From the human T2T-CHM13v2.0 reference genome, Homo sapiens, in the NCBI RefSeq assembly GCF_009914755.1, contig NC_060931.1: a DNA stretch of 64,000 bases. The stretch is one strand, 5' to 3'. The translations under genes were made by a program, and so were the position numbers. Each line of letters opens with the position of its first letter. Within the stretch, counting starts at the first letter, position 1. Positions 18,013 through 35,416 of this stretch are shown here, one piece after another. The notes below the pieces were generated by a model. That model ran no database searches. It saw only the letters and a list, made by a program, of their open reading frames with translations, and was not told where the DNA came from.

Positions 18013-18974
18013 TAGTTGAGACAGGGTTTCACCGTGTTGACCAGGCTGGTCTCAAACTCCTGACCTCAGGTGATCCCCCCACCTCGTCCTTCCAAAGTGC
18101 TGGGATTACAGGCACAAGCCACCACAACTGGCCCCGGTGTCACTTAAAAAGAGTCTTCTGGTGCGCTCTTCCCTGCGTGCTCCACCAAGAACCACTGCTC
18201 CTAACCAAGTGCAGAAAGGCCCCTCGTAGGTCCTCATGTGACCAGAAACAGGCGTTTCGGGTCTGACTCATACCCATGGATTGACCTCCTTGTTACCCAC
18301 GTGACTAAGCACACCAGTCTTTTAGTGATGTAATTTTTTCTCATTATAGAAGTTTTGTGTCCATTGTAGAAAACCTTGAAAATGTCTACCTATAAATAGG
18401 AGTCCCCCATAACTCCATCACTTGGTAATAGGTCCATGGTTTTTAAGGTATATCTTCTTCTGTAATGGTGAAATTCTCTACTTGTCTTAATATTAAACAT
18501 TCAGTCCAGATTGCTAGTTAAAGCTTGCTTGGCATTAGTGTCTGAGATGTGAGTATCTCTTAGGTTACATTTCAAGCCTTTTAGGACTTGCCAGCAATTT
18601 CCTTTCTGGTATTTAAAAGTATCCTGTCAGATCTGGTCATTCTTTAGTGAGAAAATCAGGAGAGGTTAGAGGCTGCTGAGGGTGAGGGGTCGTTTGGCGA
18701 GACTCAGCCCGGAGCCTGGTGGCCAGAGGCACCTGCCCTTCAAGGCAGCTGTCCTTTCCAGTTAGGGGGTTTTGTCCAGGGGCTTGGCTCCTTGGCCAGC
18801 TGTGGGAGCCTTCCCTGCCTCCCCACCTCTCCAGCTTACTTCCATCCCTCCCAACTCAGTTTGAGTCCTGATAAATTTTCAGTGTTTCTGGATGTGAGTG
18901 GAGAATTCCAGCCACCAGATGTCACCTCCTCCAAACACAGACCTCCTCTAACGAGTGTGTATTTCCCTCTCCAG

Positions 18975-19065
18975 CTGTTACAGGGACTATGTGGATAAAG
19001 AGAAAGAAATGTGGCACCGCATGTTCGCGCCCTGTGGCGATGGTTCTACAGCAGGAGAAAGTTGA
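18975..19065 (+). CDS. FKBP6: FKBP6 exon 8 coding part (SCYRDYVDKEKEMWHRMFAPCGDGSTAGES*)
   Basis: ccctctccAG acceptor; TGA at 19063-19065; donor AAG|gtaatc at 19068. Exon lengths 57+118+90+203+120+195+110+91 = 984 nt = 327 aa + stop. Confidence 0.96.
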
Positions 19066-19306
19066 AGGTAATCAAAGGGCCAGGGTGGCACACAGGCTTC
19101 CGGATGGAGAAGCGTGCTGCTCTCCTCCACCCCCAAGTGAATGGTGGCTGTCTGCAGCTGAGGGTGGACGAGGGGTAGACAAGTTCCTTGCTGTAAAGAA
19201 CAACACAACGGTAGTGCAGGATGCACGTGCTGCACGCCTACCTTTCCCGTGAGAAGAAAGTTCGCCCAGACCTGTGGGTTAAATGTATAGGTTCAGGGGG
19301 CCTTGA

Positions 19307-19451
<145 letters not shown>

Positions 19452-20717
19452 TAGCCGAGATTACAGCTGTGAGCCGTGGCGCTCAGCCTAAATTTATTTT
19501 TTAAAAAACCTTTTTTTTTCATGTTTTATGTGAAACTCTCCTTGCAGTTGCTTGGAACATGAGACTGAGTAGAGTCATGAATGTGATGGTTGATAGAGCT
19601 GGGCTTTGACGTGTCAAGCTTCTGTTCATCTTCTTTCTCCTGAGAACTCGAAAGCCTCCAACTTGACTGTGTCTCTAACACATTACTAAAGCAGACAAGA
19701 TCGCAGGGTGGGGATGGGCTGTGGCTCTTAAATTCTACTTTCTATTAGACTTAGAGATTTGAAGATGCTGAAAGCAACAGGGAGCGGAATATAGCATTCC
19801 TCCCAAGATCACACCTAGTAATTTTGCAGGCACAGGGCAGGAGTTCCCAAGCACATGAGATAACCCTCCAGTCTGAACCCTCCAGTCTGGTCTACTATTT
19901 AATAAAATTAATGGAAACAAAATCACCTGCCTGAAACACCTGCTTAGCTGCACAGATAACTCTGCTCTCTCGGAGAAGTTAAACAAGGAACAACAAGAAA
20001 ACAGCTGCTGAACGGGCTCATGGTGATAAATCTCTCCTTTGTTGCTTCCTCCATCTCCCTACAAAAGGGGCTTGAGAGGAGGAGGCAGTGAAAAGGCCTA
20101 TTCATCCCCGACATTTTCATAGCGGTCCATAAACTGCTGCTATCTGCACTTTCAGATGCGCCCACCAGCATCACAGGTAAATGTTGCCTTTGTCACTGAT
20201 GCTGGCCATGTGAACCCTGGCCTTCAGGTCTTTCAGTGGCCTTTGGAGTACATATTTGCAGGTCTTCAGAACTGAGATGTGAGCCAGAGGACTTCCCTTG
20301 TTTGGTCACTTCTAGTATCCAGTAAAAATGAAGGGCAGTGACTGTTTGCCAAACATTTTGGACTGTGACCCCACAAGTCCTGTCATGAATGAAGACCCAG
20401 GTCTGCCAGGGTCCATCCCAGACAAGGGCTTGGGCAGCCCAGCTGGGCAGCAGTTTTCCTCGCCATCATGTTTGCTTCCCAGCCTTTTCAGTCTGTAGGA
20501 CTGGAGGCTGCTGATCTTCAGATGCTTTCCCCCAGATTTCCAACTCCAGCATTTATCTTACCATCAGCAATGACTGTATTTGTGTTCTAAAGTAGCCACC
20601 ACTGTCATATTGCCACTGCTGTCACAGTTGTGATAAGTTTTAGCTTTTGTGTCTTTGCTCTCCCTGCTCCCCTTTTTTTCTGTAGTATTTGAGGCCTAGT
20701 CATTTAAAAGAAGCTAA

Positions 20718-21100
<383 letters not shown>

Positions 21101-23938
21101 TGACTTGTAAGATTACTTCTGGAGGAATGAGTGTTCTCTTAAGTATTAGTTATGTGCTCTAAGCCTCTGACTATAGTAGACAGTATGCCTTTTCCATCTT
21201 TGCATTTTCTAGCTTCTGGAGCCATGCCAGGTGCACGATTGGTGCTCAGGAAATGTTGGTTGGACTAAGTGTGAAATAGCCAAAGCAACAGACCAGCCTC
21301 TAATAAAACATCCTCCAGGCTGGCTCTGGGATTGGCTGTTGGACCCTTGGTATTGCCAGGGACAGAAACCTATCTTTAGCATCAGCCAGAAAAAAAAAAA
21401 AAAAAAAAAAGATTTGCAGAAGGGGTCCTGGGAGTGGCTCACAGAGTTGAGGAGGAGTTTGGCAGTCCTTGGGCAGACAGTGACCAGGCAGCTCTGAGGG
21501 CCTTAGGGACTCAGTCTCCCCTCGGCTTTGTTTTCTCCCCCTGTAGGGAGTGCCCATACATCCCTTTCTGCAACCTCCTCCCTAATGGAGTGAGAGTTCT
21601 GTACCCTAAAAGTCCCTCCTCTTCCTGCCCCAAACATAACTCTTCAGTTTGAAAGATCCTGGGCAGGACTCCGGCCTGGTTGGGGGTATGTAGAACCCCA
21701 TGAATGGGAGTTTGTGTTTTGTCCTTCCTATCCTGACATGCTGGTATCTGAGGCCCTTGTGATCATTTTACTGTGTCTGGAAAGGAGCTGTGAAGGGAGC
21801 TCTATAGCTATTTTCAGGCATTTAAATGGTTAACATACAACAGGTGAAATTTGTTCTGTGGTTTCCAAAGGTCAGCACCAGTAAGCTGACACAATAGGAA
21901 GACAGAATCTGACCTGATAGGAGATTTACCAGTCAAATGTCCTGCCATGAGTTCTCCCACCATGGAGTACACAGTGGAAGGGGCCACTTTTGACTGCTTT
22001 TGGGGAAACATCTGTTCCCGGGCCACTCCACTTTGTTCCACGGGGCTGTGGGGCATCTCGGGAGCTGGTGCAGTCCCTGTTAGGGTCTATCCGAGCAGAG
22101 CTGGAGGGCCTGAGAGGTGGGTAAAGGGAGAAATTAGATCACCTTCCTGGTCGTTTTTACCATCAGGTAATTGCAGACCTTCAAGGCAGAGGTAGCAGCT
22201 CCCATCCCCAAGGCACACAGCAGAGATGAAATATGACATCCTATACTTAGCATCAAAAAACACCACCCGAGGAAAGGAAGTAGCAGGAGGGGCCTCGTTC
22301 AAGAGCAGACAGATTTTGTTGCCTGCTGTTCCCAAACATACCAAATGCAAGGAATGGCTGCCAGAGGAAAGTGTTCCGAACGGGGGAAAGCCATGCCTGC
22401 CCTGCCCCGCGTGGCCCGCCTTCACACTGTCTCCTGCCATCCCTGTGGGGAGCCGACTGTTGGTGGGCACTCTAGATGCTATGTGGCATATAGAGAGAGT
22501 TCCAGTACCACTTCTGCAGCCCTGACCTGCAGGGATTGGGGGTCTAAACAGGGACAACAAGATAAGTCCATTAAATCACAGTGTTCAAGAGTGGGCTGTG
22601 AGGGAGCACCCCTGATCAGAAAGAGGCTTTGCTGAGCTAGGCCTGGGGCATGGGCCCAAGGGGCCCCAGGAGGGAGTTGTGAGAGGTCCTGATATTGTCC
22701 TTTCATTTGGGGCCTCCTTGGAATGTGGGTGGCATTCTATAGGGCATTATAGAGGAGGAGAAGACCTGGCCAGAGCTGAGCTGCTCTGAGGGGCTAAAGG
22801 GGCAGCGTGGGGACACATTTAAAGTGGCAGGACCATCAGGTGGCAGGTGTCTGAGTAAGAGGTGATGGCAGCCTGGACGTGAACCTACTGGCAAGAGCGG
22901 AAGGGTGGCAGGAGTATGCGGCCTCCCATCTGGAACTGACAGGAGGGTATTCTCTGTGAAGAGTTCTCCTGACAAACCAGACCTTACCTGAGGGAGCATG
23001 ACCATAGTGCCTGAGGGGCTGAAGATGCCCTAACCGAAGTTACTGATTGTGGAGGAGGGCAGCTTTAGTGACATGTCAGCCATCTGCTAACAGAGGTGGG
23101 TGGGCAGAGGCCAGAACCAGGAGTCCAGGGCTGGTCCCCATGTACCAGGAGTGACTGGGAAAACTCCATGAGGGGCGGCCAGAACTTGAGGGAGTCTTGG
23201 GTTACCTGGCAGGACCAGGGGTGCAGGGCGAGGTGACCACCCACACGGTCAGCTTACCTACGCGTGGCTTTCATTCTTTTGCTCTTGGTTTATCATAACA
23301 TTTTTCTTCTAGGTTGTTTTGCTAGTATTGCCTAGCATTTATACTTTTTTCTTAGTGTATTTTTATTAATTTTGGTCAAAATTTTTATTCATATTTTAAA
23401 TGCCAGGTATTCTTCTACATGTTTCACATGTGTTAATATTTTTAATGTAAGATCTGCATAATGTAGATATGATCCCCATTTTACAGTTGATGAATTAGAT
23501 GTGAAGAAGCTATGTAATTGCCAAGGTTGCAGAGCTCCTAAGTGATAGAGCCAGAGTCAAACGCTGCATATACACAGGGAACCCGAATTGAATTTCAGTT
23601 TCTTCTGGAGAGTCTTCCACAGGGCTCAATACTATGTTTCTATTACCACTTCTTGATTTATGTTTTGGATATTTATCTGTTGACTTCCTGCTATAATATA
23701 ACTCTTTCTTCTCTTACATTACTACTTGTAGATCCTCTGTTAGATTATTATAACAAAAATAATTCAATACTGATGTTCTTGGCTTCATACAGCTAAAGAC
23801 AGTATTTCTTGTGCTCCACTTTGTTTTTAGAGACAGAGTCTCGCTCTGTCACCCAGGCTGGGGTGCAGTGGCATGATCATAGCTCACTGCAGCCTCAACT
23901 TCCCAGGCTCTAGCAATTCTCCCTCCCCAGCCTCCTGA

Positions 23939-24187
<249 letters not shown>

Positions 24188-24609
24188 TAGGTCCCTTACT
24201 TCTAGAGGCTTAAGCTTTTAAGAGCCGAGAAATTCCTCTATACTATTTCTTAAATCACGTCTTCCTCGTTATTCCCTGTCATCTTGTTATGGGACACCTA
24301 TTGACTGGAAGTTGGACCTCCTTCAGGGATCTTCTATTCTGTCTCCTTAAAATCTTTTTTTTCTCCCTTGTGAAATGTTCTTAATTTTCCAACTCTTCCA
24401 TCTTCATTTCATCAATCAAATATTTGAATCTAAGAGCTCTTCTCAGATTTGTCTTTTTCATAATGCCACACCTTTCCCCCCCTTCTTTGAAAAATCTCAA
24501 AGTTACATAACGAATAATACTAAGATTCCCCGATGTGCTCAACGTCTGGCTTTAACAATTACCAAGGTAAAGCCAAGGTTTCCTTCTAGGCTTCCGCCCA
24601 CATCCTCCC

Positions 24610-26400
<1,791 letters not shown>

Positions 26401-29149
26401 GTGGAAGTGTCATCCCCTGTCTTTAGTGCTTTATCATGTCTGTAAACCCACTTAACTTTCCTGACATTCTTGTGAGGAAGAATGATTGTTTCTGCCTCAG
26501 ATTGGGGAAGGAGTAAAGCTTAGAGAACCAGGACCCTTTCCCTGAGGAGGCCTCTGTGTGTATAAACAACTGAGTGTTTTCATTGGATTTGAAATGTTAA
26601 GCCCCAGATGATGCCTGAAGCCTCAAACATATTCAGCTGCTGTATTCAGGTGGTGCGTGACCCCGAAGCGGCCATGCACTTTTATCCTTCTCTCAGATGT
26701 TGAGGAAACTCCCCCCTCCTTTGCTTTTTCCGTTGAAGAGAAGCTGAAGCCTTTGGGCTGTAGAGTATTGAGCCCTGCTACTTGGCCAGCCTTGGGGAAA
26801 GAGGATCTTAACAGACTAAAAACAATGTTTTCTGGAAAGTCAGGAGGCCCAAGTGGAAGTAAAGGCAAGGTTGTGGAGAGTACTCTCTGGTTGGTCGAGA
26901 TTCTGGGATTTGGTCCTGGCTCAGAGCTGGCCTGAGGTGAGCCCCGGAGCAGCGGGCCCTCAGCCCAGTGCCAACGCCGAGGCCACAGGAGGCCTCTGGG
27001 GCCAGGGGTTCCCTGGTTCCAAAATAGCTTTCCTGTGACCCGGCTGTCCTGCTCAGTTGCCAGGAAACCCCGGGAGCAGATCATCATCTCTCTCGGTATG
27101 TGACTGGATCTAGGCAGGGAATCTGTTTGATCCCCTTCTTCCCAAAGAGATTAAGAAATATCTAGTGGTGAGTCTCTCAAAGTTACTTCGTGCATCCAGT
27201 GAGACACTGCTGAGTCCTGAATAAAGACTTGTTTAAATATATTTTTGTAATTATTTTTTTTTCCTTAATTTTTTTAGATGGAGTCTTGCTCTGTCACCCA
27301 GGCTGGAGTACAGTGGCGCGATCTCAGCTCACTGCAACCTTCGCCACAGACATGCGCTACCACTCCCAGCTAAATTTTGTAGTTTTGGTAGAGACGGGGT
27401 TTCACCATGTTGGCCAGGCTGGTCTCGAACTCCTAACCTCAAGTGATTCATCCGCCTCAGCCTCCCAACGTGCTGGGATTACAGGCGTGAGCCACCGCAC
27501 CTGGCAATTTTTGTAATTAATTTTTCTGACTTTCCTTCCCTATGCCTCTACTTTTTTTTTTCCCCTCCTCTAAATGGCGTTGCATCTTCTGCCGGGCATC
27601 TGGGCCAGGAAGGCATTCTCTTATTCTCAGATGAAGGCCATGCCCTGTTCCAGGCAAACTGTGTGACCTGGGCTCTTAATCTTCCACGTACCTGTGAAGT
27701 GCCTTTTCTCCCAGCTCTGGAGGTGTCCCTGAAGTCATCCCTTTGTTGTGTGGCTATAAATACCTCAACTTCGGTGGCTGCCTTTTCATCATACCCCTTC
27801 CTGGGAAGGCATTTCCTCTGGAAGGGTTGCTTTGGCCCTTCATTCCCTCTCCACATCCTCTCTTGGCAGCCGTAATAGGCCTCAACCCTGCTTCCTGCTA
27901 AGATTTACTGTTGTGGATTCTGTGTTCTTTGCGGATGAGGTACGAATGACAGCTACTAAGTTCAATCCTGGAGATAACTGGGTTCCTTTTGCTGATCGTC
28001 CACAATCATGGAAGTGCCCTTTATGATTCATGATGGGGTTGAAAGACAGAACATTTGGATCCTCAGTTTCATCTCTTGCTATGACATTAGCCAAGTCATT
28101 TCACCTCTCTGGGCCTTGGTTGCATTGTCTGCAGGGTGAAGCTGAATCACTTTTTTATTTTAAAAGAGAAACAAGGTCTCCTATGTTACTCAGGCTAGAG
28201 TGCAGTGGTGCAGTTATAGCTCACTGCAGCCTCCTGGGCTCAGGCAGTCCTCCTGCCTCAGCTTCTTGAGTAGCTGGGACTACAAGTGTGTGCCAGCATG
28301 CCCTGCTGATTTTTTTTATTTTGTAAGATGGGGTCTCATTATATTTCCTAGGCTGATCTCGATCTCCTGGCCTCAAGCGATCCTCCTGCCTCGGCCTCCC
28401 AGAGTGCTGGGATTATAGGCATGAGCCACCGCGCCCAGCCATGGAGCAGTCACATCTTTAAGATCACTGTGGAGTTGTTTATGCTTCATGAAGACCGTCA
28501 GATATCGGCTTAGTCTGTTTTTAATTTCTTGCGTTCATTAGGTGCATAAGCCCTGCCTCCAAGCATACATAATCCCAAACACCAACCTGGATAATTAAGT
28601 GTACAGGTAGTGAGTGAAAGAAGTGAGCCTAAGCAATAAGGAATTGACATCAAGCCAGTGCCTTGTACCTTCTAGGGAGAGCATGAGTCCCCGCCAGCTT
28701 TGCTGGCTGACCCCCATTCTGCAGGTGCTGATCCTGTTCTCAAGACCTTTGGTTGTAGCTGTTATTGACTGTCATACTTTTGATGCTCCCCTACGCTCCC
28801 AAGCAGCCACCGACCCAGGGTGAAGCTGAGATGAACTGGGGTGAGCCTCAGAGGTTCAAGAATCCAGAGAAGGGTTTTCAAATCTAATAGATAAGTGAAG
28901 AGCTATGAGCAAAAGTTCTCTCTAGCTCAGAGGTCACTCAGACATTCACAAGGTGAGAAGGATGTGGTCTGCCGTCACTGTGAGTGCACCCACAGCAGTC
29001 ATTGTCAGCATCAGTCCAAACAGAAAAGGCAGCAAGAGGCAGACAGAGGGGCATCTCCAGGATGTTTGGCATCCTGAGGTCATACAGCTTCATTTTTTTG
29101 GTGAGCTGAATATCATGGCCATGAATGCGAGCAAATCTGCACTAACTTC

Positions 29150-29550
29150 CTTTTGCTTCTCCAAGAAATGGCCTAGAGAGGCTGCCTGCATTTCTTGGCT
29201 AGTGGCCCCTTCCTCTTCTTCAAAGACAGCGGCATGATATCTTCCAATATTTCTCCCTCTCTCCCTTTCTGTCTCTCCCTCTCTCTCACCCTCTCTGTGA
29301 ATCTCTCATTCAGCCCCTCTCTCCCCTCTGCTTCTGTCATTTTGTCTCCTCCTTTTTCTGACCCTCCTGCCTCCCTTTTACGAGGATCTGATTACATTGG
29401 GCTGACCAAGATAATCGCCCAGCTCAAGATCCTTCATTTAACCACAGAATCCCTTCTGCCATGTATGGTAATGTATTCGTGGGTTCCGGGAATTGGAACA
29501 AGGATATCTTGGGGGGCATTTTCCCATCTCTCATACTCTGTTACAGATCA
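29150..29550 (-). mobile_element. MaLR LTR fragment (MLT1-like)
   Basis: tgcatttcttggctagtggcccct...gattacattggg...caagatcctt...ggaacaaggatatcttggggggc. Confidence 0.65.
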
Positions 29551-29749
29551 GCATCTGTGAGGGACTACACATCTTGCCAATGCAGAGATAACTCAGCACT
29601 CTGCATCCTCAGCATTCTTGGCTTAATCCTTTCCGTCCCAGATGAGATCATCCTGACAGCCGTCTTTCAGAACATTTCCTTTCTCGTGCTCCCTTCTGGT
29701 GGCTGGGGCCTGATGGACACAGCTCACCTCATCTTTCTGCTGTTTGTTT

Positions 29750-30090
<341 letters not shown>

Positions 30091-32081
30091 TAGTAGAGAC
30101 GAGGTTTTACCATGTAGGCCAGGCTGGTCTCAGACTCCTGGCCTAAAGTGATCCTCCTGCCTTGGCCTCCCTAAACCTTGTTTTTAAACAAGCGTGGCAG
30201 TTTGGATGGCACTTTGACCCTTCTTTGACCATGTATCACAGCACAGTGGCAGCTGGTGGTGGTGAGCTGCAGTTGTTGGAGGAAGTGCAGCAGAGCCATG
30301 CTGTGAGGCCTGGCCCACCCCCAAAACCGGGAGGTACCTGCAGGCGCTCTCATTCCATGTCAGCCTGGAAAGGGTGGGCTCCAGACCACTCAGCTCCATG
30401 CGCATTCTCATGGGACTAGGTGGCCAGTTGTGACAGTGGGGAAGTAATCGCACTCCCTGCAGAGGGACGTGGCCAAGGGAGGAGCAGAGAGCTGGGCTGG
30501 TGGAGCACGAGGGTGGCTGCAGGAAGTGCAGCAGTCAGCATGGAGTGGCCGCCAGAGAGCCAGGGCCACAGGTTGGGTGGGGAGAAGCAGGTCAGGGAGT
30601 CCCTGCAATGAGGGTTGGCTCTGAGAAGCCGCCTGGCAGGAGTGGAAGGGGCAGGTGGAGGACCCAGCAGGCCGGAGGACTGCCGCCTTGCGGGCTGGCC
30701 AGAGTGTCACAGCAGAGTCCCAAGGGGTGAGGACTCCTCAAAAAATTTTCCCCCTCAGTTGATATTTTTGGAGATATCCAGATTAGGTTCTTAAGATTGG
30801 CTGAGTAATGCATTTTGGGAAGGGGAACCAGTTGAATGGTTTCAGGAAGGTCTTTCATTCTCCACGTTTACTATGTACAGCCTTGGTTCATCTGCTGGGA
30901 TTTTGAAGAGGCAGCCATAACTTTGATCAGTGTTTTTGAAGGGCTGAGTGACCCATGCAGGGTTCCAGGGTCTTCTCACCAGATGATGTTCATGGCTGAG
31001 TTTACTCTAGTTCCCCGTTGCAGGGTACAGGGAAGTGCTTGAGGCTGGGGCTGCGAGGCAGGGCTGGCACACGACACCCACCGCCACCGTGGGAACGGCA
31101 CCTGCTGAGCCTTGATCCTCAGCTCTTTGTCCTCCGATTTCCGACAGAAACATCCTGGGCTCTACAGCCTCCAGCCCGTGGCTCCGCGATTACATCACTC
31201 CTCTGTCTTCTCTGTTACATTTCACACCCTTCTTTGATTACTGCTTATTATGTTGTGCGATTATGGTGGACACCACTGGCATTGCTGCTTGGGTTTCTAG
31301 TTCACAGTCCCTGTGCCTTTTCCGAGGCCTGGGGCCCACCCGCCGTGGAAGCAGCCTGGTTCGTAGGAATGGATTCAGCTGGAGTCGGCTGTGGACCTTT
31401 GTCTGTGTTCGCTGCCTCAGCCTGACTGCCATTGTCTTTGTCGATCTCCGGACTTATTTCTCCTTGAGCCACGGATACAGCTTTTTTCTGACTTTGCACC
31501 TCTGTGCGATACATGTATTGGGTTTTCAAAATGAAATGTGAGCTGAGCTTTCCTATGTTGGCGCATTCTCGTTTATGCTAAAGTGTTACTTTTTATTGGC
31601 TCCGATTTGAAAATTCAACTACCTGAACCTCGTGGGATCCCTTCGTCTGTAGGGAGCTTGAAGTTGATCTCCCCCCATCTGCATTCATGCCTGGAGAATA
31701 TTGATTTTAGGGCTTATTCCTAAAGTCATTTCATGGGACACACCCTAGATCAAAACTTTCTTTTTTCACTTGATTATTATTAAACTTGTCATTATGGACA
31801 TTTTCAAACGTCTCCAAAGGTAAAAAAAAAAAAAATGATAACATGATCACTACCCATGTATCATTACCCAGGCTTGACAGTGAACATCTTTCTGCTGTTC
31901 CTGTACCCACTCTCCAATTTTTTGGTAGTACTTAATTTTGAATTATAAAAATGCCACATGCCAGCCGGGTGCGATGGCTCACACCTGTAATCCCAGTACT
32001 TTGGGAGGCCGAAGCAGGCAGATCACGAGGTCAGGAGATCGAGACCATCCTGGCTAACACAGTGAAACTCCGTCTCTACTA

Positions 32082-32381
<300 letters not shown>

Positions 32382-32912
32382 TTAAGAAGTGGCTGGATAG
32401 CATTCCATCCTGTCAGGATATGGAAATGGTTTTCACAGTGATTAGTAGGCAGGTAGGTAGGTAGAGATTAGATAGACACACAGAAACATGGTCATGGAGC
32501 TATCCTCACGCCTGACTTTCCTGTGACAGTCAAAGTCCTATCACTGGTTGTGATGGGTGTGTCTTTGCCTGAACTAGGTCATGCTAAACTGACCTCTCCA
32601 GTGGCTGTACCAGTTTGTTCTTGGTAGTGTCTGAGAGATTCCATTCCGTCGCTTTGCCATCATTTGGATTGCTAGACTTTTTAATATTTGCCAGGTTGGT
32701 GTATCTCAAATAGGATCTCATTACTAGCATTAGCAGTTCCCTGACCAGGTCTCTGTTCACATGTTTCCAGACTGAGGTGGCCTTTCTGTAAATTGCCTAA
32801 TTGTTTCTCTATAACCAAACACCTTTCTGATGTTTTTAAGTTATTTTTGATAACTCTGTCATTAATTCTGTGAGTTCTATCAGCAGTTTCACTGCATGCA
32901 TCAGGTATGTGA

Positions 32913-33312
<400 letters not shown>

Positions 33313-34058
33313 TAGCGATGGGTGTGCCTCATGACCGTAATGGAGCTGCTGCTCGCTCCACCGTTAAACACCATGCTGACTTTGGCTGAGCTGTATTTTT
33401 TTCTTATCATGTTATGGAAATGTTTGTTTGTTTTTGTTTGGTTTGGTTTTTTTTTTTTTTTTTTTTTTGAGACGGAGTCTCACTCTGTCACTCAGGCGAT
33501 CTTGGCTCACTGCAACCTCTGCCTCCCGGGTATAAGCAATTCTCCTTGCCTTAGTCTCCCAAGTAGCTGGGATTACAGGCACCAGCCACCACGCCTGGCT
33601 AATTTTTGTATTTTTAGTAGAGATGGGGTTTAATCATGTTGGCTAGGCTGGTCTCGAACTACTGATGTCAAGTGATCCGCCCGCCTCAGCCTCCCAAACT
33701 GCTTTGATTACAGGTGTGAGCCAATGCGCCTGGCCACCACCTCAGTCTTTACTTACTTCTGTCCCGTTGCCTGTGGTTCTGGAAGTCTGACTGGAAAGGG
33801 GTCTGTTCCTGACACCCCACCTCCTCTTCCCTCTCTCAGGTGCTGGCTCCTTTGGTTGTATTGGGGTAGGGAGGAAAGAGAAGGGAAAGGGTAGCTCACG
33901 CCTGTAATCCCAGCACTTTGAGAGGCCGAGGCAGGCAGATCACTTGAGGTCAGGAATTCGAGACCAGCCTGGCCAACATGACGAAATCCTGTCTCTACTA
34001 AAAATGCAAAAAAAAGTATCCAGGCGTGGTGGTGCGTGCCTGTAATCCCAGCTACTCA

Positions 34059-34268
<210 letters not shown>

Positions 34269-34357
34269 TCAGCTGCTAGCCCTCAGCACATGTGACTGTG
34301 ACGTCGTGTGGCAGCTGCTGAGTCCTGAGATGTTTTTAATGGCTGTTTGATTCCCAG

Positions 34358-34805
34358 GTTCTTCACCTACCAACGAGGGGAGAGAGCTGTGGTTCTCCAT
34401 CATTGGGGGAGTGGAAGGGAGCTCCCAGCGCAGCCGTGGCAGCCACCTTCCAGGAGCAGGGGCTGGAATGTCCTGTGGCCGCATCTCTCATGGACGCGGC
34501 TGAAACGTGTTTTCACAGGTGCTGTTTTCTGTTTTCCGTGTTCGTAACAGAAGGGAGGGGAAAGCGCAGCTACTGACAAGTAGAACACTGCTACTTTTTT
34601 TAAGGCAGTTTCTTGTTTTTTTAGACGGAATTAGTCCTTGGCTTCCCTCCCAGTCCCAGCCCTGCTTCCGGCTGCGAATGTCCCTGAGTCAACACCAATA
34701 GAGATTGCTTTGTGTATTTTGTAGGGTTCTCTGTTTTGAAGACAGAATTATGTTACAAATGTTTTTGTTGTAAATAAATAAAACACTTCCTTGTCCTTGC
34801 AAGAT
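34358..34805 (+). other. FKBP6: FKBP6 terminal non-coding exon (3' UTR)
   Basis: tttgattcccAG acceptor ends at 34357; U-rich body; overlapping AATAAA signals near 34773. Consistent with the recalled ~30-kb, 9-exon gene. The 3' end is approximate. Confidence 0.8.
34773..34782 (+). terminator. Polyadenylation signal (two overlapping AATAAA)
   Basis: AATAAATAAA preceded by TGTA and U-rich upstream elements. Confidence 0.8.
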
Positions 34806-35021
34806 CCAGTATAAGTGAATTGCGTGGACTCAGCTAAGCTTCCAGAGTCCCCAGGTGGGCAGGGGGAGGCCATTTGCCAGTGGGGCTGGGGCTCAAGCTC
34901 TGGAGCCAGCGGTTCTGATTCACCTGATAACGAAACGCTGCACACCAGGCTTGGGGTTCCCTAAGCCCGCTCCCAGTGTGGGGAGCTGATGCCAGCAGCT
35001 TAATGGAAAGTTGAAGCTACT

Positions 35022-35416
35022 TCACCCTCCCATACCCCGACACCCCGGGATCCTTGTCCCACACAGCCCTGAGGCCACCTCACCCTCCTGCGCCCCGACA
35101 CCCCGGGCTCCCTGCCCCACACGACCCTGAGGCCACCTCACCCTCCTGTACCCCGACACCCCGGGCCCCCTGCCCCACACAGCCCTGAGACCACCTCACC
35201 CTCCTGCGCCCCGACACCCCGGGCTCCCTGCCCCACACAGGCCTGAGGCCATCTCACCCTCCTGCACCCCAACACCCCGGGCTCCCTGCCCCACACAGGC
35301 CTGATGCCACCTCACCCTCCTGCACCCCAACACCCTGGGCTCCCTGCCCCACACAGCCCTGAGGCCACCTCACCCTCCCGTACCCCGACACCCCGGGCTT
35401 TCTGCCCCACACAGGC
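35022..35416. repeat. 58-bp GC-rich VNTR, ~6.8 copies
   Basis: Unit TCACCCTCCTGYRCCCCGACACCCCGGGCTCCCTGCCCCACACAGCCCTGAGGCCACC starts at 35022, 35080, 35138, 35196, 35254, 35312, 35370 (exact 58-bp period). Confidence 0.97.

Noticed and set aside
28880-29150. Unique-looking stretch considered as a processed pseudogene
   Set aside because: No recognisable protein in the frames examined and no poly(A) or TSD.
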